A stretch of DNA of 64,000 nt from Podarcis melisellensis (Eukaryota), in the NCBI GenBank assembly GCA_964234715.1, contig OZ174280.1; one strand, given 5' to 3'. The number at the start of each line of letters is the position of its first letter. Within the stretch, counting starts at the first letter, position 1. A program made the translations under genes and the position numbers. The notes beneath the pieces were generated by a model. The model was not told the origin of the DNA. It was given only the letters and a program-made list of their open reading frames with translations, and made no database searches. This document shows, piece after piece, positions 35,801 to 46,799 of the stretch.

Positions 35801-37444
35801 AACTGGCTTGGCTGACCTTATACTTGCGATTAGTTAATCGATGGGTTGACTACCCCCTTCCCATGCCTAGTTACTCCAACAGACTGATAATAGGGGAGAG
35901 GCTTAGTTTGGGTTTGGACTGTATTAGCTAGTGTGTGCTCTCGTCTCAGGCTGGTCTGCCTTCTGAAGGCCAAGTTCTGTCTTGGAAGGCATATGCAGTT
36001 TTATGGGCTTCTTTCTCCAGGGAAGCTTGCCAGACCCCTATGTTAATGTGTTTTTTGGTGCCAGGCAAATATCCTTTTATGTCCTCAAGCATTTAACCTC
36101 TGATGAGCCTCCAGTATCTGCCTTTATTGCTGTTATTTTATGCTATTCTTTTCTTATTGATTTGTTTTAATGGTTTTGTTGTTCTTAGCTTGTTAACTAT
36201 CCTGGCAATGCTTATTGAAGGACAGCATACAAATTTGCAAAGTAAATAAAATGAGAGAATGCAACTGATTTGTAGAGGTAGCAGCTATGACTCATCCCAC
36301 CCACCCCTAATTGGCTTTAATTCATTAGATGTGCTCTTTCTTTTAAGCATAGTCCCCACCCTCTGGGGATAACCATCAAAGCCCTCTCACATTATGAAGT
36401 TGAATTATTCTCCTCCCTGAACAAGGTTATCTACTCACAATCTACTCAGAAGTAAGGCCCATTAGATTCCATGGGCAGTATCCAACTGATGTGTTCCATC
36501 AACGCAATGAAAGATTTGCCTGTGTGCCTCCTAAATGTTTTTTAGGAGTTTCCTCAATCCTCTGGAGCAGATTTGGGGAGCATCCAGGATGGAACGGTGG
36601 GTTCCATTTGAAATGATGGAACTCATCAGTTGGATACTGGCCCATCAGACTGACTCCTAGGTTGAGTGAGTATAGGGCAAGAGCGTGAAACTGTAAACAA
36701 CACTTTTTTCTCTGTAAGCAGTGCAGCTTTAAATAACCATAGCAGGTTGTGTCTGACCTCCTGTATATAGCAGGACACCTGAACCATTGTCTTCTGCCTT
36801 GGGCAGAACATCTCATCTTAACTGGAACACAGATGATAAGGCTTTATCTGGGTTTACTACCTTGGAATCCTGATCCCCAATTATCCTTTCCATATTCCTC
36901 TGGAGTGCTCAACCAGGGTATGGGGTAGCTTGTTCTCAGGCATTGCAGACTGCACTGCTTTTGCAGAGCTATGTTTATAAAAGGGGGAAAGGTCATTACT
37001 CAGCAGTAGAGCAGAAGGTCCCAAGCTCAATCCCTGGTGTCTTCAGGTAGGGCTGGGAAGGACCCCTCTCTGTAGATAGTACTGAGCTAAATGGATCTGA
37101 ATTCATCATTATTATTATTATCATCATCATCATTATTACCACCACCATATTTTATTATGGTGCCATTATCTGCCATTCATCCTAAGGTCCCAGGGAAAAT
37201 TACAACATTAAAGCACAATATTAAAAACAGTTTAAAACAACGGGCAATCATAAAAATATAGTGGGACCTAAAAATATACACAACAGCTTTCTATGTTCCT
37301 TTTAAAAAGCCTTGGGGATGCTTTAGCTTCTTGCTTTTTTCTCCCATGCAGATGGCGATGTTGCTGAAGCTCCAGGAAGCAGCCAACTATATTGAGTCTC
37401 CTGACCGAGAAACCCTGGACCCCAATGTGCAGTCGACACTCTAA
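6015..37444 (+). CDS. NAV1: Neuron navigator 1, 5'-partial spliced CDS (27 exons in window, 4384 nt, about 1460 aa)
   Basis: All exons have AG/GT boundaries and consistent phases. The translation matches recalled vertebrate NAV1: SWDESSSISSGLSD..., coiled coils, KKKKKKSWVYELRSSF, Walker A GPSGTGKT, Walker B VILLDD, C-terminus MAMLLKLQEAANYIESPDRETLDPNVQSTL*. Confidence 0.97.
6472..6690 (+). mobile_element. Old tRNA-derived squamate SINE (related copies near 36983-37100 and 57870-58060)
   Basis: A/B-box-like head agagcat..tgcatgcagaaggtccctggttcagttcctggca; tail aggcagcttcctatgt. Confidence 0.6.
6772..7069 (+). CDS. NAV1: NAV1 coding exon (LRTDSEKRSLAES...TLKVA)
   Basis: ttacag|...gcag|gtgagg; 298 nt, phase 0 to 1. 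Confidence 0.95.
7470..8160 (+). CDS. NAV1: NAV1 coding exon (GKPEAKATDK...LPPTPLR)
   Basis: ctgcag|...tcag|gtaaga; 691 nt, phase 1 to 2. Confidence 0.95.
8420..8875 (+). CDS. NAV1: NAV1 coding exon (SAAKSYVKAPSL...ITHLD)
   Basis: cttcag|...acag|gtagaa; 456 nt, phase 2 to 2. Confidence 0.95.
9285..9326 (+). CDS. NAV1: NAV1 coding exon (SNRDRNTLPKKGLR)
   Basis: ctgcag|...taag|gtaatc; 42 nt; carries the navigator-family motif DRNTLPKKGLR. Confidence 0.93.
10623..10771 (+). CDS. NAV1: NAV1 coding exon (YQIQSQEEAKERRHSHT...LTNI)
   Basis: tggcag|...attg|gttagt; 149 nt, phase 2 to 1. Confidence 0.93.
11015..11142. other. Assembly gap (128 N)
   Basis: Run of N within a NAV1 intron. Confidence 1.
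11238..11408 (+). CDS. NAV1: NAV1 coding exon (VTPTAANTPRITRSNSIPTH...DPVDD)
   Basis: ctgcag|...gatg|gtgaga; 171 nt, phase 1 to 1. Confidence 0.94.
11826..11863. repeat. (TAT)n microsatellite, probably the tail of an antisense LINE remnant
   Basis: Directly visible; followed by tttatatcctgccc...gggctcagagcagctaac. Confidence 0.85.
12594..12646 (+). CDS. NAV1: NAV1 coding exon (VHGSVLSLASSASSTYSS)
   Basis: ttgcag|...ctca|gtaagc; 53 nt, phase 1 to 0. Confidence 0.94.
13018..13041 (+). CDS. NAV1: NAV1 24-nt microexon (AEERMQSE)
   Basis: tgccag|gctgaggagaggatgcagtctgag|gtacag; symmetric phase 0; the peptide is present in recalled NAV1. Confidence 0.92.
13164..13241 (+). CDS. NAV1: NAV1 coding exon (QIRKLRRELESSQEKVATLTSQLSAN), coiled coil
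   Basis: ttgtag|...caac|gtgagt; 78 nt. Confidence 0.95.
13696..13832 (+). mobile_element. SINE with tRNA-Ile-like head and CR1-derived tail
   Basis: tagctcagtgggttggagcatggtgctgataatgccaaggt...gttcgagcccc, then gcattgcagggggttggactagatgatcctcaggttcccttccaac...attctat. Confidence 0.8.
13975..13992 (-). promoter_or_regulatory. Candidate CTCF site
   Basis: Minus strand CCACTAGAGGGTGCTC is close to the CTCF core consensus. Confidence 0.4.
14901..14984 (+). CDS. NAV1: NAV1 coding exon (ANLVAAFEQSLVNMTSRLRHLAETAEEK)
   Basis: ttccag|...gaag|gtgagt; 84 nt. Confidence 0.95.
15159..15270 (+). CDS. NAV1: NAV1 coding exon (DTELVDLRETIDFLKKKN...ITPK)
   Basis: ttctag|...aaag|gtgagc; 112 nt, phase 0 to 1. 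Confidence 0.95.
16250..16371 (+). CDS. NAV1: NAV1 coding exon (ELRIKRQNSSDS...KKKKKKSW)
   Basis: ctccag|...ctgg|gtaggt; 122 nt, phase 1 to 0. Confidence 0.95.
17410..17418 (+). CDS. NAV1: NAV1 9-nt microexon (VYE)
   Basis: Long pyrimidine tract, ttttccag|gtgtatgag|gtaagc; restores the recalled NAV1 peptide SW-VYE-LRSSF. Confidence 0.9.
17776..19658 (+). mobile_element. Chapaev3-like (CMC superfamily) DNA transposon, internally deleted
   Basis: Termini CACTGG...CCAGTG, imperfect inverted repeats of about 110 bp (17776-17883 and 19541-19658), AT on both flanks, internal DDE transposase remnant. Confidence 0.85.
18105..19468 (+). pseudogene. Frameshifted, N-terminally deleted Chapaev3-type transposase
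   Basis: Three joined frames give GINRKNR..YPDL..., ELNDLV.DL.LSK..AELLASRLKEKNLL, WRLFIDSSKRSLK, CVDLK, CFLC.WDSR, PPLHIKLGL, KMHYLFSH, SDEQGERFHQD...KKRKFKP*. Frameshifts fall in the T-run at 18450-18455 and the G-run at 19311-19316. Confidence 0.88.
21880..22086 (+). promoter_or_regulatory. RBFOX motif cluster, candidate intronic splicing enhancer
   Basis: TGCATG at 21904, 22006, 22030 and 22080, plus GCATG at 21882 and 22053. Confidence 0.6.
22630..22800. mobile_element. Penelope-like element terminal fragment arranged as an inverted repeat
   Basis: 77-bp arms (22630-22706 and 22724-22800) with one mismatch and a 17-nt spacer. The sequence resembles reptile PLE ends (ctgaagaagtg...gaaagctcat...tctttaaggtgctac). 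Confidence 0.75.
22705..22746 (+). ncRNA. Minimal type I hammerhead ribozyme motif
   Basis: Stem I tggtat/atacca, core CTGAAGA, stem II gtgtgc/gcacac, GAAA, palindromic AGCT stem III, CUC cleavage triplet ending at 22740. Confidence 0.7.
23301..23497 (+). CDS. NAV1: NAV1 coding exon (LRSSFNKAFSIKKGPK...GIDNTE)
   Basis: cttcag|...caga|gtaagt; 197 nt, phase 0 to 2. Confidence 0.95.
23886..24048 (+). CDS. NAV1: NAV1 coding exon (LFQANEEEEPEKKEVSELRSEL...MHNMQ)
   Basis: gcacag|...gcag|gtgggc; 163 nt, phase 2 to 0. Confidence 0.93.
24800..24974 (+). CDS. NAV1: NAV1 coding exon (LEVDLLKAENDRLKV...SLTDT)
   Basis: ctgtag|...acag|gtatga; 175 nt, phase 0 to 1. Confidence 0.95.
25853..25950 (+). CDS. 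NAV1: NAV1 coding exon (ELSPMDGIS...PPQHIIKG)
   Basis: ctccag|...aggg|gtaagc; 98 nt, phase 1 to 0. Confidence 0.95.
26100..26195 (+). CDS. NAV1: NAV1 coding exon (DLKQQEFYLG...CQVFK)
   Basis: ttccag|...caag|gtgaga; 96 nt. Confidence 0.95.
26716..26875 (+). CDS. NAV1: NAV1 coding exon (DYVTKMDPALTLGL...AVTLK)
   Basis: actcag|...aaag|gtaccc; 160 nt, phase 0 to 1. Confidence 0.95.
27082..27187. mobile_element. Common squamate hairpin MITE remnant (related copies near 1630-1790, 50330-50465 and 61380-61510)
   Basis: Inverted repeat gaactacagctcccatca.ccc/ggg.tgatgggagttgtagttc. Confidence 0.6.
27231..27472. mobile_element. Tc1/mariner (pogo/Tigger-like) MITE
   Basis: TIR CAGTGGTACCTYGGGTTA at both ends, TA TSD, 242 bp, non-coding. 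Confidence 0.88.
27569..28061. mobile_element. Tc1/mariner (pogo/Tigger-like) MITE with internal 60-bp tandem repeat
   Basis: TIR CAGTGGTGCC.C.CAAGACGAA at both ends, TA TSD, 493 bp, CpG-rich. Confidence 0.88.
27761..27915. repeat. GC-rich 60-bp tandem repeat, about 2.5 copies
   Basis: Unit aaggctggcRgtggggcggagagaccttctccccccgccaggcttcggaaggctgctcca starts at 27761, 27821 and 27881. Confidence 0.95.
28593..28942 (+). mobile_element. Sauria SINE, full length
   Basis: Typical 5' end GGGACGCGGGTGGCGCT and 3' end CCTTTACCTTT; 12-bp TSD tatcccatttca at 28580-28591 and 28943-28954. Confidence 0.92.
29382..29617 (+). CDS. NAV1: NAV1 coding exon with AAA+ Walker A (GPSGTGKT)
   Basis: acacag|...caag|gtgtga; 236 nt, phase 1 to 0. 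Confidence 0.96.
30278..30429 (+). CDS. NAV1: NAV1 coding exon with Walker B (VILLDD)
   Basis: taccag|...aatg|gtgaga; 152 nt, phase 0 to 2. Confidence 0.95.
32315..32386 (+). CDS. NAV1: NAV1 coding exon (PYIIGTTNQPVKMTPNHGLHLSFR)
   Basis: caccag|...tcag|gtaagg; 72 nt, phase 2 to 2. Confidence 0.95.
32551..32747 (+). CDS. NAV1: NAV1 coding exon (MLTFSNNVEPANGFL...SDFLI)
   Basis: ctacag|...attg|gtaagt; 197 nt, phase 2 to 1. Confidence 0.95.
33636..33754 (+). CDS. NAV1: NAV1 coding exon (GPCFFLSCPIGIEDFRTWFIDLWNN...DGIK)
   Basis: tactag|...caag|gtacat; 119 nt, phase 1 to 0. Confidence 0.95.
34015..34212 (+). CDS. NAV1: NAV1 coding exon (VHGQKAAWEDPVEWVRDTLPWP...ESDPL)
   Basis: ctgcag|...cttg|gtatgt; 198 nt. 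Confidence 0.95.
37352..37444 (+). CDS. NAV1: NAV1 terminal coding exon (MAMLLKLQEAANYIESPDRETLDPNVQSTL*)
   Basis: atgcag| acceptor; TAA at 37442-37444. Confidence 0.95.
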   Translation: MAMLLKLQEAANYIESPDRETLDPNVQSTL

Positions 37445-38112
37445 AGGTGACTGGATCAGGATGGGACGGAGACTGGAGTGAGCTGGTCTCGGCTGCCTTC
37501 GCTCCTCGTTCTTCTTTGTTTTCTTTTGTATCTGGAACCTGTGGTTTGGAACAGAACACCACAGATGGACGATGGAGGAGGCCGCTTGACCCTCCGCTGC
37601 AAGATACTGCTCCTCCACCCCCCAATGAGTTTGGTGGTAGGAGAATGATGATTTTTATTCTTAGGCTTTTTGCCTCTATCATAAACTCCTGGGCTTTGCA
37701 GTATGGCTGGGTAGGTGGCGGTGGTGGGACATTACTAAATCCCTCGGATCCAGGGTTCCCAGCATCGGAGTTCCTGTATAGGGTAAAGACTCGAGACCTT
37801 GTGGAACTGGCCACTGCATTGTTTGCAGGGCAATGCCAGCAGGCAGGGCAACAGACAAGTTTGTGGTTCCCTAACATGAGGATCTTTTTATAAAAAAAAG
37901 TAAAGAAAAGCAAAAACCCAGAAAGGAACCTGGAAGTATCTGAGTAGAAGAGTCGCCGCTGCAGCAATCCAGCTGTTGCTGTTGCCGTAACTGTTTCCCC
38001 TCCGGATGCTTCCCTACCACAACAAACATAGGCAAAGGCCTAGGACTGTTAACTCTGTCTTTGTACCCTCCTTATTTAATCTGCATGATCGTCCTTTTAC
38101 ATTCAGACTTCC

Positions 38113-38118
38113 AATAAA
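38113..38118 (+). terminator. Candidate proximal polyadenylation signal
   Basis: AATAAA followed by a U/GU-rich downstream tract. Confidence 0.45.
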
Positions 38119-41100
38119 CTCTGCATTGTTTTCCCCCCTTTTATTTTATTTTGGTTAAGCTGGGCCATTCCGTTTTTTTTTTTTTTTGATTCTAGGAATT
38201 CTGTTTTGGTTTTTAATCACCTGGTACTAGTTTCACAGGGAGGAACCATTTGGTTTCTTAGAGGGTTGTTTTGTTTTTGTTTTTGTTCATTTCACCTTTT
38301 CTTTGTTCTACCACTCTGTAAATTCCATCACGGTGGTCCCTCCAAACTGAAATTGGTGCTGACTGGATGACCTCCAGTAACCAAACTCGCCTTGTGGGTC
38401 CTTGCAGCTTGCATCAGATGCACACAGGGTTGAATCAGCAGCACAACCTTCTCAAAGATGCACAACCTGCTGGATGGCTTCCCTTCCTGTCCCCTTCTTT
38501 TATCATTCCATTCCTGAAAGCACAAGAGGCCTAGCAGACTGGGACCAAAGAAAGAACAGTGGGGCAGAGGATGCTCTGCTGTGGTCCTCACTTGCGCAGC
38601 AAAACCATCAAATGCCTCCAGAGATAAAGATGTCTCCCAACTTTGCCCAAATACTGACCTGCTTATGACTCCCCTTTCCTCTGCTCACCTTGCAGAAAGA
38701 AAGGGGGGGTGAGTAGATAACCTTCAACAGAGTGAAATTGTAGCACTGCTAAATGTTCAGTCTTGGGGTGTCACTTGCTTGATTTCCAAACAAGGAGCCA
38801 TCCACGAAGTGACCCAAATCAAGCAAAGATCTACTTCCACCCTGGTGCTGTCAGCTGCCTTAACCGGTACAAAGTAGTGCTCTGATTTAGGTTAGATCTA
38901 CTTTCCTATACAGGTGGAGATAGTTGGATTAGACGTATACAACTGCCACGCCCTTTTGCCTTTTGGTTCTAGAATGTGACTTCCCTTAGGTGAGTTTACG
39001 TGGATTTTCTATTGGGGGAGGGGAGTCACAAAGCCGTCTCTGAGAGCAAAGTTCACGACATGTTTCATGAGCTCCTCAACCTCCTTGGCCCTGATCAACA
39101 ACTAGCTTTCCTGAAGGGCCAGTTTAAAAGCAAAGTTAGCAGTGCAAAGCCAACATAAGCAGCAGTTACCATGTTACCAATTCAGACATCAATCTTAGAA
39201 GCCTGTGGCCTGGATAAAATAAGGGGGAAAGTCTGAATCTAGTTTCCATGGCATTTTTTTAAGAGAAGGTTTATATTACATCACTTAGCCAGAAGCCAAA
39301 TAATTGTTAGTTTCTCCATAACACAGGTCCTGGCTTTTTCAACTCAAGTATTGTAGGAGTTCATTTCATAGCAGCAGAATATATACAGCACAATGCAGGG
39401 AGCAGGATTTCAGCTCTCCTGATATAAACTAATAGGCTTTACTCTATGCAGTATTCACTTCCTATCTAGTGTTTAGTTTTACTAATAATGCTGAGCTAAC
39501 CATCAGCTCCTCACTCTTGTTATGATGCAAAAGCCACTAGGGTTTATTTTATGCTAAATGATTAACAACAGGATTCATGGATAGATACACTGTGCCAAAT
39601 ACCTCAAGGATCGCATCTGAAATCACTCAAGGTCCTACTTAGTCCCATGTGATTCTTAGCATTTATTTAATAGCATTTTTATCCTGCTCCTTAGCTTAAA
39701 GGGGGCTTCCAGGGCAACTTACAAAAATCAGTACTTAGACAGTCCCTGCCCCCAGCCTTGCAACTGGAAGAGATGTAACACACAAGGAACAGGGGGTGGG
39801 GTGGAAGAGGAAAGTAGGCAAACTCAAGCACCAGTTCTTAAAGTTACAGTTCTTTTATAGCTACCAGCTAGGATGGGAAAGAGTTCCAGCAGCCTGACTG
39901 AGTGATGGCTAAAGGATGGCCGGAGGCAGCTGGTCTCCCAGGAGAGGTGATGGGATAGTCTTGTTTTGCTTCTCACCCTCTGCCCTGCAGCCTAATGGAG
40001 CTGCTGTCACTTGGAGACGTTTGAGTGAGACTTCCCATATTTTCAGTATTTCCACTGCAATCTTGAGGTCTAGAAATTGTGCTTTCTAAAAGTAAGAATG
40101 AACATTCTTAGGACTCTAGATTATGTGCCACGTCCTGCACTTGCTGAGTCATTGTATAGAATGTATATAATTTTAGTCCCCTTGCCCAATTTTTGCCAGA
40201 ATGAGCCTCCTGAAGTCAAAGCTTATTTGTGTAACTATTATGGAATCCTGCAACAAAATGTTTTTCAATTCTTCTCTCCCACTACAGTCAGCATTTGGTG
40301 CCCACTGAGCATCATCATTCCTCAGTGGACATTTTCCCTCTCTTAAAATATTTTTTGTACTTCAAACATTGGGGTTCCCTCCATCGTATGGGTGGATCCC
40401 TCCATCTCTTGCTTGAATGGTGCCATTTTGGCTACATAAGAATCCACACTAGGAGAATGGGTTTATCATCTGCATCTAGGATGTCATTAATGTATAGTCA
40501 GCCTGCAGTGAAGGTACAAGTGGCACAAACAGCAGGTATGCTCTGAAATGCTTGGCAAACAAGACAAAATGCCTTGGGGCCTAGCTGTGGCTGAATCAGG
40601 CTTGCAGGTTGTCCTGCCTCACCAGTACTGCCTGCTCCTTGGCTCAGCAGCTGAGAGCCAAAAGCAAACATAAGGAACTAGTGACTGCAGGAAGACTGGA
40701 GAGAGACAGACAGAGACAGAGAATGGACTAGAATGGTGCTTCCTCTCTCAAACTTTGCATTTGAGTTTGTTGCACAATTGCCAAAAAGATTGGCCAGCAC
40801 CGTAGTAATTAATTACAAGTAGTGAAGAAATTAAGTGCAGAATTCAATAGAAGATTTTGCAGCACTTTTCTTTGAGCCAAAAGAACTAAATGACAAATTG
40901 CTTGGCATAAGGTAGGACTGTGTAATATACAAAAGCGACATGCCTGACTTTCTGTTTCTTCATTGCAGACACTGTTCTTCTCACCCAACCCAAGTTTACA
41001 CACACGCGTGTACACACACACACCTCCTTCTAGCAGCTGCCTCATATTGTGTTGTTTCAGCTGGGTTTTCATGGCGAACAAAACAACAGGGAGTAAGTGG

Positions 41101-44100
41101 TGGTGTTCTCAAATGTTGTATGACTGCACAACAAATTTAACAGGGGTTTTTCTGGGGTTAGTGTTAATTGTCTCTGCCATTATTGCAAACAGACTTTGAT
41201 CTAGTCTCCTGACCTTTTTGAGGTCTCTCTGTCTTTTCTTTCAAGCAGAATGTATTTTACTGGTGTGGCCAAGGGAGTCTTCTAGGAGCTTGCCCATTTG
41301 CTGCTAAAATCTCTCCCCTCCCCAATCTGAATAGGGGATGGAAAAAGTAGCAAGGAGAAGTGGTTCAGTATAGACAAGCATTTATTCTGCAGTTGTATCT
41401 TCCTCAGTGACCTTATGCACAAGCAGGGGAAGGTGGGGGAGCCTTGTGAGCAGTACAGAGCACTGTATGATCTTATCACAAAGATGGGTGGGTTTTCATC
41501 CAAGGCAACAGGGTGCTCTGTTGGGAAAAGGCTCTTGTGCTTTTGAACTGAAGTTGTGCTGCTGTCACACTGTGCTGATCTGAGCAAAAATGCAGCTTGA
41601 ATGATGAGACTGGAGTTGCCCATGGTGCTGAAACTGCCTTAATTGTCACAATTTCAAGGAAGGGGAGCCCCTAGCCATGAACTGGCGGATCTTGCCACAG
41701 ACCAAGCCTGTTGTGGCCTTCTAAACCCAGACCACATTTAATATCTCCTGCTTTCAGCACAAGAAGCCCAGGGAGAGAAGGTGGAGGTCACACTTAACCA
41801 CTTCTTTGCTGAGCTTGTTTCTGGTCCCATCAGTCACAGTGCTTGCTGTTTGGAATGCCTTTAGGTGATCAGCTCGGTAAATAGTATGGCAGGCGTCTTT
41901 CATCCCAAGACACGTAGATGACATGAAGAAAATCACCCGTCTCTCCCTGCCTACTTACATACCACTACAGATGGTTAGTCCTCAACCAAGGGAGACTTTT
42001 GTTTGTTGGGTATAAGACTGGGCTAAGTGTTCCACTCACTTCAGAGTCAAATGGGTCTAGCTAGCCAAATGTCTTCAGAAGATCACATCCATGTTTACAT
42101 ATTAGCAGGGTCCAGGGCCAAGGCAGTCACCTCTGTTAGAATCTAAATTTCTCTTTATGAGATAGGAAAGAAGCCAGGAAAAGGACTATTTCGTTTCCAA
42201 ATCAGGCCAGAACCGACCAAATTTACATTACCAAACAGAAAGGTTACTGGCTTTGCCATCAAAGGAGGAGTCTCCAGGATCTTGGGTTTTAGACCAGAAT
42301 TCTCTTCTAACCCCCAAAACCGATTTGGAAGAAAATTGCTTCTTTTCCTCTCCCTCCCTCCCTCCCTCACATGAGGGATGAGAGGCAATGGGAGAGAAGC
42401 AGTAAGAGTGATAGCTTGGCTACTCTCAATCCAACAGCTTCTGCCTAACACGAGGAGGTAGCTGAGCAGTAAGTAGCATTCAATCCCAGCTTCCTGCTCC
42501 CATTGCCTTTGCTGGGGCAAGCACCCTCCTCCACCCTCTGGCAAGGGATTTGCCCACCCCAGCTCATCTTAAAGGGAATAGCATCTCCCCCTTGCTCACA
42601 CCTCACAGTGGTGAGCACCCAGTTTACTGCATCTGCAGAGCTGCAGCCTAAGTATTGAAGGAGCCCCACTTCATTTCCTCTCTGCAGTTGGGAAGTGGAT
42701 ATGGAAAGGCTCCACCTGACACTTGGATCTCTATCTTTAGCATCTTGCAGGTCCCTTCCTTACAGGCTTCCTGTTTCACACCTCCCATTTCTCTCTTGAT
42801 GTGGTTTGGACATTCTCCCGTCCTATTGCACAGGGTTATAAATAGACATTCCACTACAACAGAGGTCATGGATTTAAATCTACCTGGCCATCTTCAGCAC
42901 TTGGCAAAAAGACATTGGGAATTCCCAATCCAGAAAACTCAAGGATTTCAGATGCATCCAGGTTTGGGTCCTCACCACATTTGTTCTGGGCATTCAGCTG
43001 AAAAAAAATTACCATGTGCACAAGGCTCTGGCTCCCATTGTGATCCCTAGCAGGCATTCCAAAAGAACTTTCCTACCCAACCTTTTTGCAGATGGCACCA
43101 AGCACAACCCAGCCATTCAGCCTTTATCAATATCAGGAGTGTGCTATCACATTATGTAAAGCTTGAGAAAGATACCATTGTCATCCGCATGGCAGCTGTA
43201 AGTTATGGGAATTGTATCCAGGGATCATGGCTTGGTACAACTCCCACCCTCGCCCCCCGCCTTCCTTTTAATGGCCAGCTTGCAGGGCAACTCGACCATT
43301 CAAATATGTATGTATAAATTTTCTCAAGGATAGATCCATGTTAACCGTACTGCAAGAGATTCCAGCCAATTGGCCTGTGCAGATCTTAAGGTGCTTGTTT
43401 CTCTTTGTATAACTATATACATATGTACATACATATCCTGTTTAATGTAATTGAAACCTTGGAGCTGTCCGTTTGCTCTGGAACCCAGCAGGTGGTGTGA
43501 TGGGCTTGGACGATGGGAGAAGGTGAATGCTGGCTGGTTTAAGGCAAGCAATTCTACTGAAAATTTCAATTGCATGGGAATAGTCCTGTATAAACAAGCT
43601 GTCACCGTCAATTGCATAGGTGCTATGTACGTCCTCAGATTATATAAATTAGTTTTAATTCAGGTTTAAATTTTATGTAGAAAAGGCACAGAGCAGCCTA
43701 GAGAAAGAACAATAGCCTCAGCTTGATTAGTTTAGCCATATAGCAGACAATGCAACATTCTTTAGCCTCTTTCTCAAACTTCTTTTCAGTGTTTAAAAAG
43801 TCCTTGGTGTGTCCCTTTCCAAGCCGCCTTTATTTGACTCATCCATACCAGGTCTTTGCAAACCTCTCCTTGTTGAAGTTCCCATTACAAATGTCCTTCT
43901 TGCCTAGGACTTGTGTTCTGCCAACAATGACAGAGGAGACTTGATCTCAATCTCTCTCTGGAGTCCCTTTAGCAAGTTGCTAATACTGAACTCTGCATTA
44001 TGTATAATCCCAGTTTTTTCCAGGCACTTTAGTCAGAGCTATTTCCTTTGCATTATTAATGTCTCTAGTCATACTAGAAAACTTAACTTGAAAGACGTTC

Positions 44101-46799
44101 ACCTAATGAACAGAAAAGGGGAGCAGGGAAAGGAGCCCCCAGAAGGATAAATGGGGGATTTCTTGTATTGCAGTACTATTCATATGCAATACTAAATTCA
44201 CAAAAATTCTGTAAGAGCTACAGCTGAAATAATTCTCAATTCATGAACCTCTTTCATTTTAGTACTTAATTGCAGAGTTTACCTTTCCCCCTAAATAGTG
44301 GTAATTTATTGCTTACCAGTTGTGCTAAGGATCAGGACCTTGGCCTGTGGGTGTCTGCCTAGATGCTGCCACTTTCTATAGAAAACATGAAGGACCATCA
44401 TAACCTGGCATGCATTGCAGTTGTAGCTGTTAACAAGAGTTTCCAAGCAGAACCCAGCTGCACTTGTCAAGGACCACAGTAACTAGCAAAGAGTGGTTTC
44501 CAATTCTTCCATGCACTGAAGTGTCTATTCCTTCATGTCCCATCTTTTATACTCCTGCCCTCATTGAGTTTACACATCACTCTGGTCTAACCAAAGTTAC
44601 AATGAGACCTGCCAATGTAAATTCATAAATCATTTAAGACCGAGCCACTAGCAATCTGCCCCCCAAATCTCAGCAATTCAGAGGTACCTTTGCTGCCTGA
44701 TCTTGTGCATGCTTACTCAGATGCAAGTCCCACTGAGTTAAGTGTGGCTTACGCTGAAGTAAGTGTGCCATAAAGAGCTAACAGAATTTGCATTAAGCCA
44801 GCCAGAGGTAGGATGACGTGCACAGCCTGGTCGGTTTCTCTGCCCTCTGTCCAGTCAGGATCAGCCTTGTCTTCATGTTTTGGTGCTCTCTCCCTCCCTC
44901 CTCCCTTCCCACGCTGTTCCTCTTCCTCCTTGCTGGGTTTTCTTGAAACTGCAATTTTCTCGCTGAGCACCCAACCCCTCAAACACCCTGTTGTATTGGG
45001 GCTATTTTGCACAGTGATGTACAAGATGCCAGGCCTCGTGTCGGCTTTGGCACAAAAGTTCCTCATTTGCCTTTTTTCTTTGGTTGTTTTGCTCTTGTAG
45101 GATAAGAATATACTGTAAATAACCTGTAACTGAATGGCCTGAATGAATCTGGGGGACCAGCCATGGGGGCTGGGCCCTGTGTCTGTGAAGCGTCATGCTG
45201 GAGGTTTTTTCTTTTTCTTTTTTGTACTACGTGTGAGTAACTGTGCTGTGCTGACTCATTTCTGATTGTATGATGTACACCTCCCAGCAGTTGCTATGGG
45301 CCAGTGGGACAGGGTGGGAACAAAATGCCTTCTAATAATCGGAGTTGGCCTCCCTCATCTCTCTTGCTGCTCGCTCTGCATTTGTTCAATACTTTTCACA
45401 AAGTTGCAGAGTCCAATCTAGTAAGGCTGTCACAATAAGATTAGACAGCTCAGTGTTTTCTTCTTAGCCACTCTCTCTCCTTGTACTGGTGCTATCGTAA
45501 CAGTGTTTGCAGAGCAGAAGAGCACTGCCAATCGGTTATAGTTGAGCAGGGTGAAGTGGCAGGTCTTGATCCCTATAAGCAGGCTAGGATATTGAGTGGG
45601 AGGTCCTGCTAGAATCAGGTTAATTCACAATGAATTGGGGATGGACACTAAATAATTATCCCATCCCCATTTAGTTCTTGCTTTCTGCTTTTGTATGTTT
45701 TGGCTTATGCTCTGTGAAACCTTCAGAGACTGGGTGGTTTAGTTTATCACATTGAATTCTTAATAACACTAAGTACATTGCAGGATGTTGTTAGGTAGAG
45801 GATAGGAACCCCACAACTTTGCACATTTTAAGTATATGACGATTTGAAATAATCCTATTGAGTTTGAACTTTTGTTTAATATGGGGGAAAAAAACTTTGT
45901 ACATGCTTTAGATGGCTAAAACATGACCAGTCATTGCTCCTAGTAGGGCAAGACAGCTATCTTAAATTCTTATCTGTCTCCTACCCTGCCTATGAGCCAC
46001 ATTATTAATTAAACCTACACTTTTATGTATTGAGTTCAACCCATTATTATATTTTTTCTTCCCAGAGGTCTCTGATGTGTTACAGCGCAACTTGATGCAT
46101 ATTTGCTCAGAAGTAACTGCTGTTGCATTTGGGCATGGGAGGAGAGCTTGATTCCCAGAAAATATGTTTAGGATTCAGGCTAATCTTATGAGCACTTCCA
46201 CCATGAGGCTGTATCCTGGACAAATCTTCCAAATTAGGCAAATTGTGACCTGGTCACGATTCCTAAGACCAGTTTGTCATTCCAAAATGAAGTCAAAAAC
46301 ATAATTTTTTTTGAACCAGATCATTTCTATCCAAAAAGAGGTTTTAAGCCAGTTGTGTTGGGAGCATTTTTGTAGCCAGAAATTTTTGTTTCTCTTCATG
46401 CTGAAATGTCTTTTTGATGGTTCTAGGCAAAATGCACATGACTCTGCAACACATATTCCATTCACACAGCTCACAAAGTATCTCCAAGCTTTGAGCGTCT
46501 CATGACTTCCACCATGATGAACGCTGCTCTGTAATGTGGAAGGCAGAAGAATGGGCTTTCACTGGAGTAAATAGGACCTTATTTCCATCATTGCTATTAC
46601 AAATACAGACAGGCCCATTGGTTGCAAGTCCCAGAGAGCAGAATTTTAAAATTTATTAAAGTGCCTGCTTTTTTGAAAAGAGGCAGTTTTAGAATATTAA
46701 CAGGCTGCCCAAAGAATATTGTTCATTTTTAAGGCGCCACAAGCCTCCCCCCCCCAAAAAAGACAGACAAGGCTACCCTTCTGGAAATAGTTACAAAAA

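Noticed and set aside
37323-37967. 214-aa minus ORF and 148-aa plus ORF around the NAV1 stop; possible readthrough
   Set aside because: No recognisable protein features. The plus ORF is out of frame with the CDS, and the stop is followed by AGG TGA, so there is no readthrough extension.
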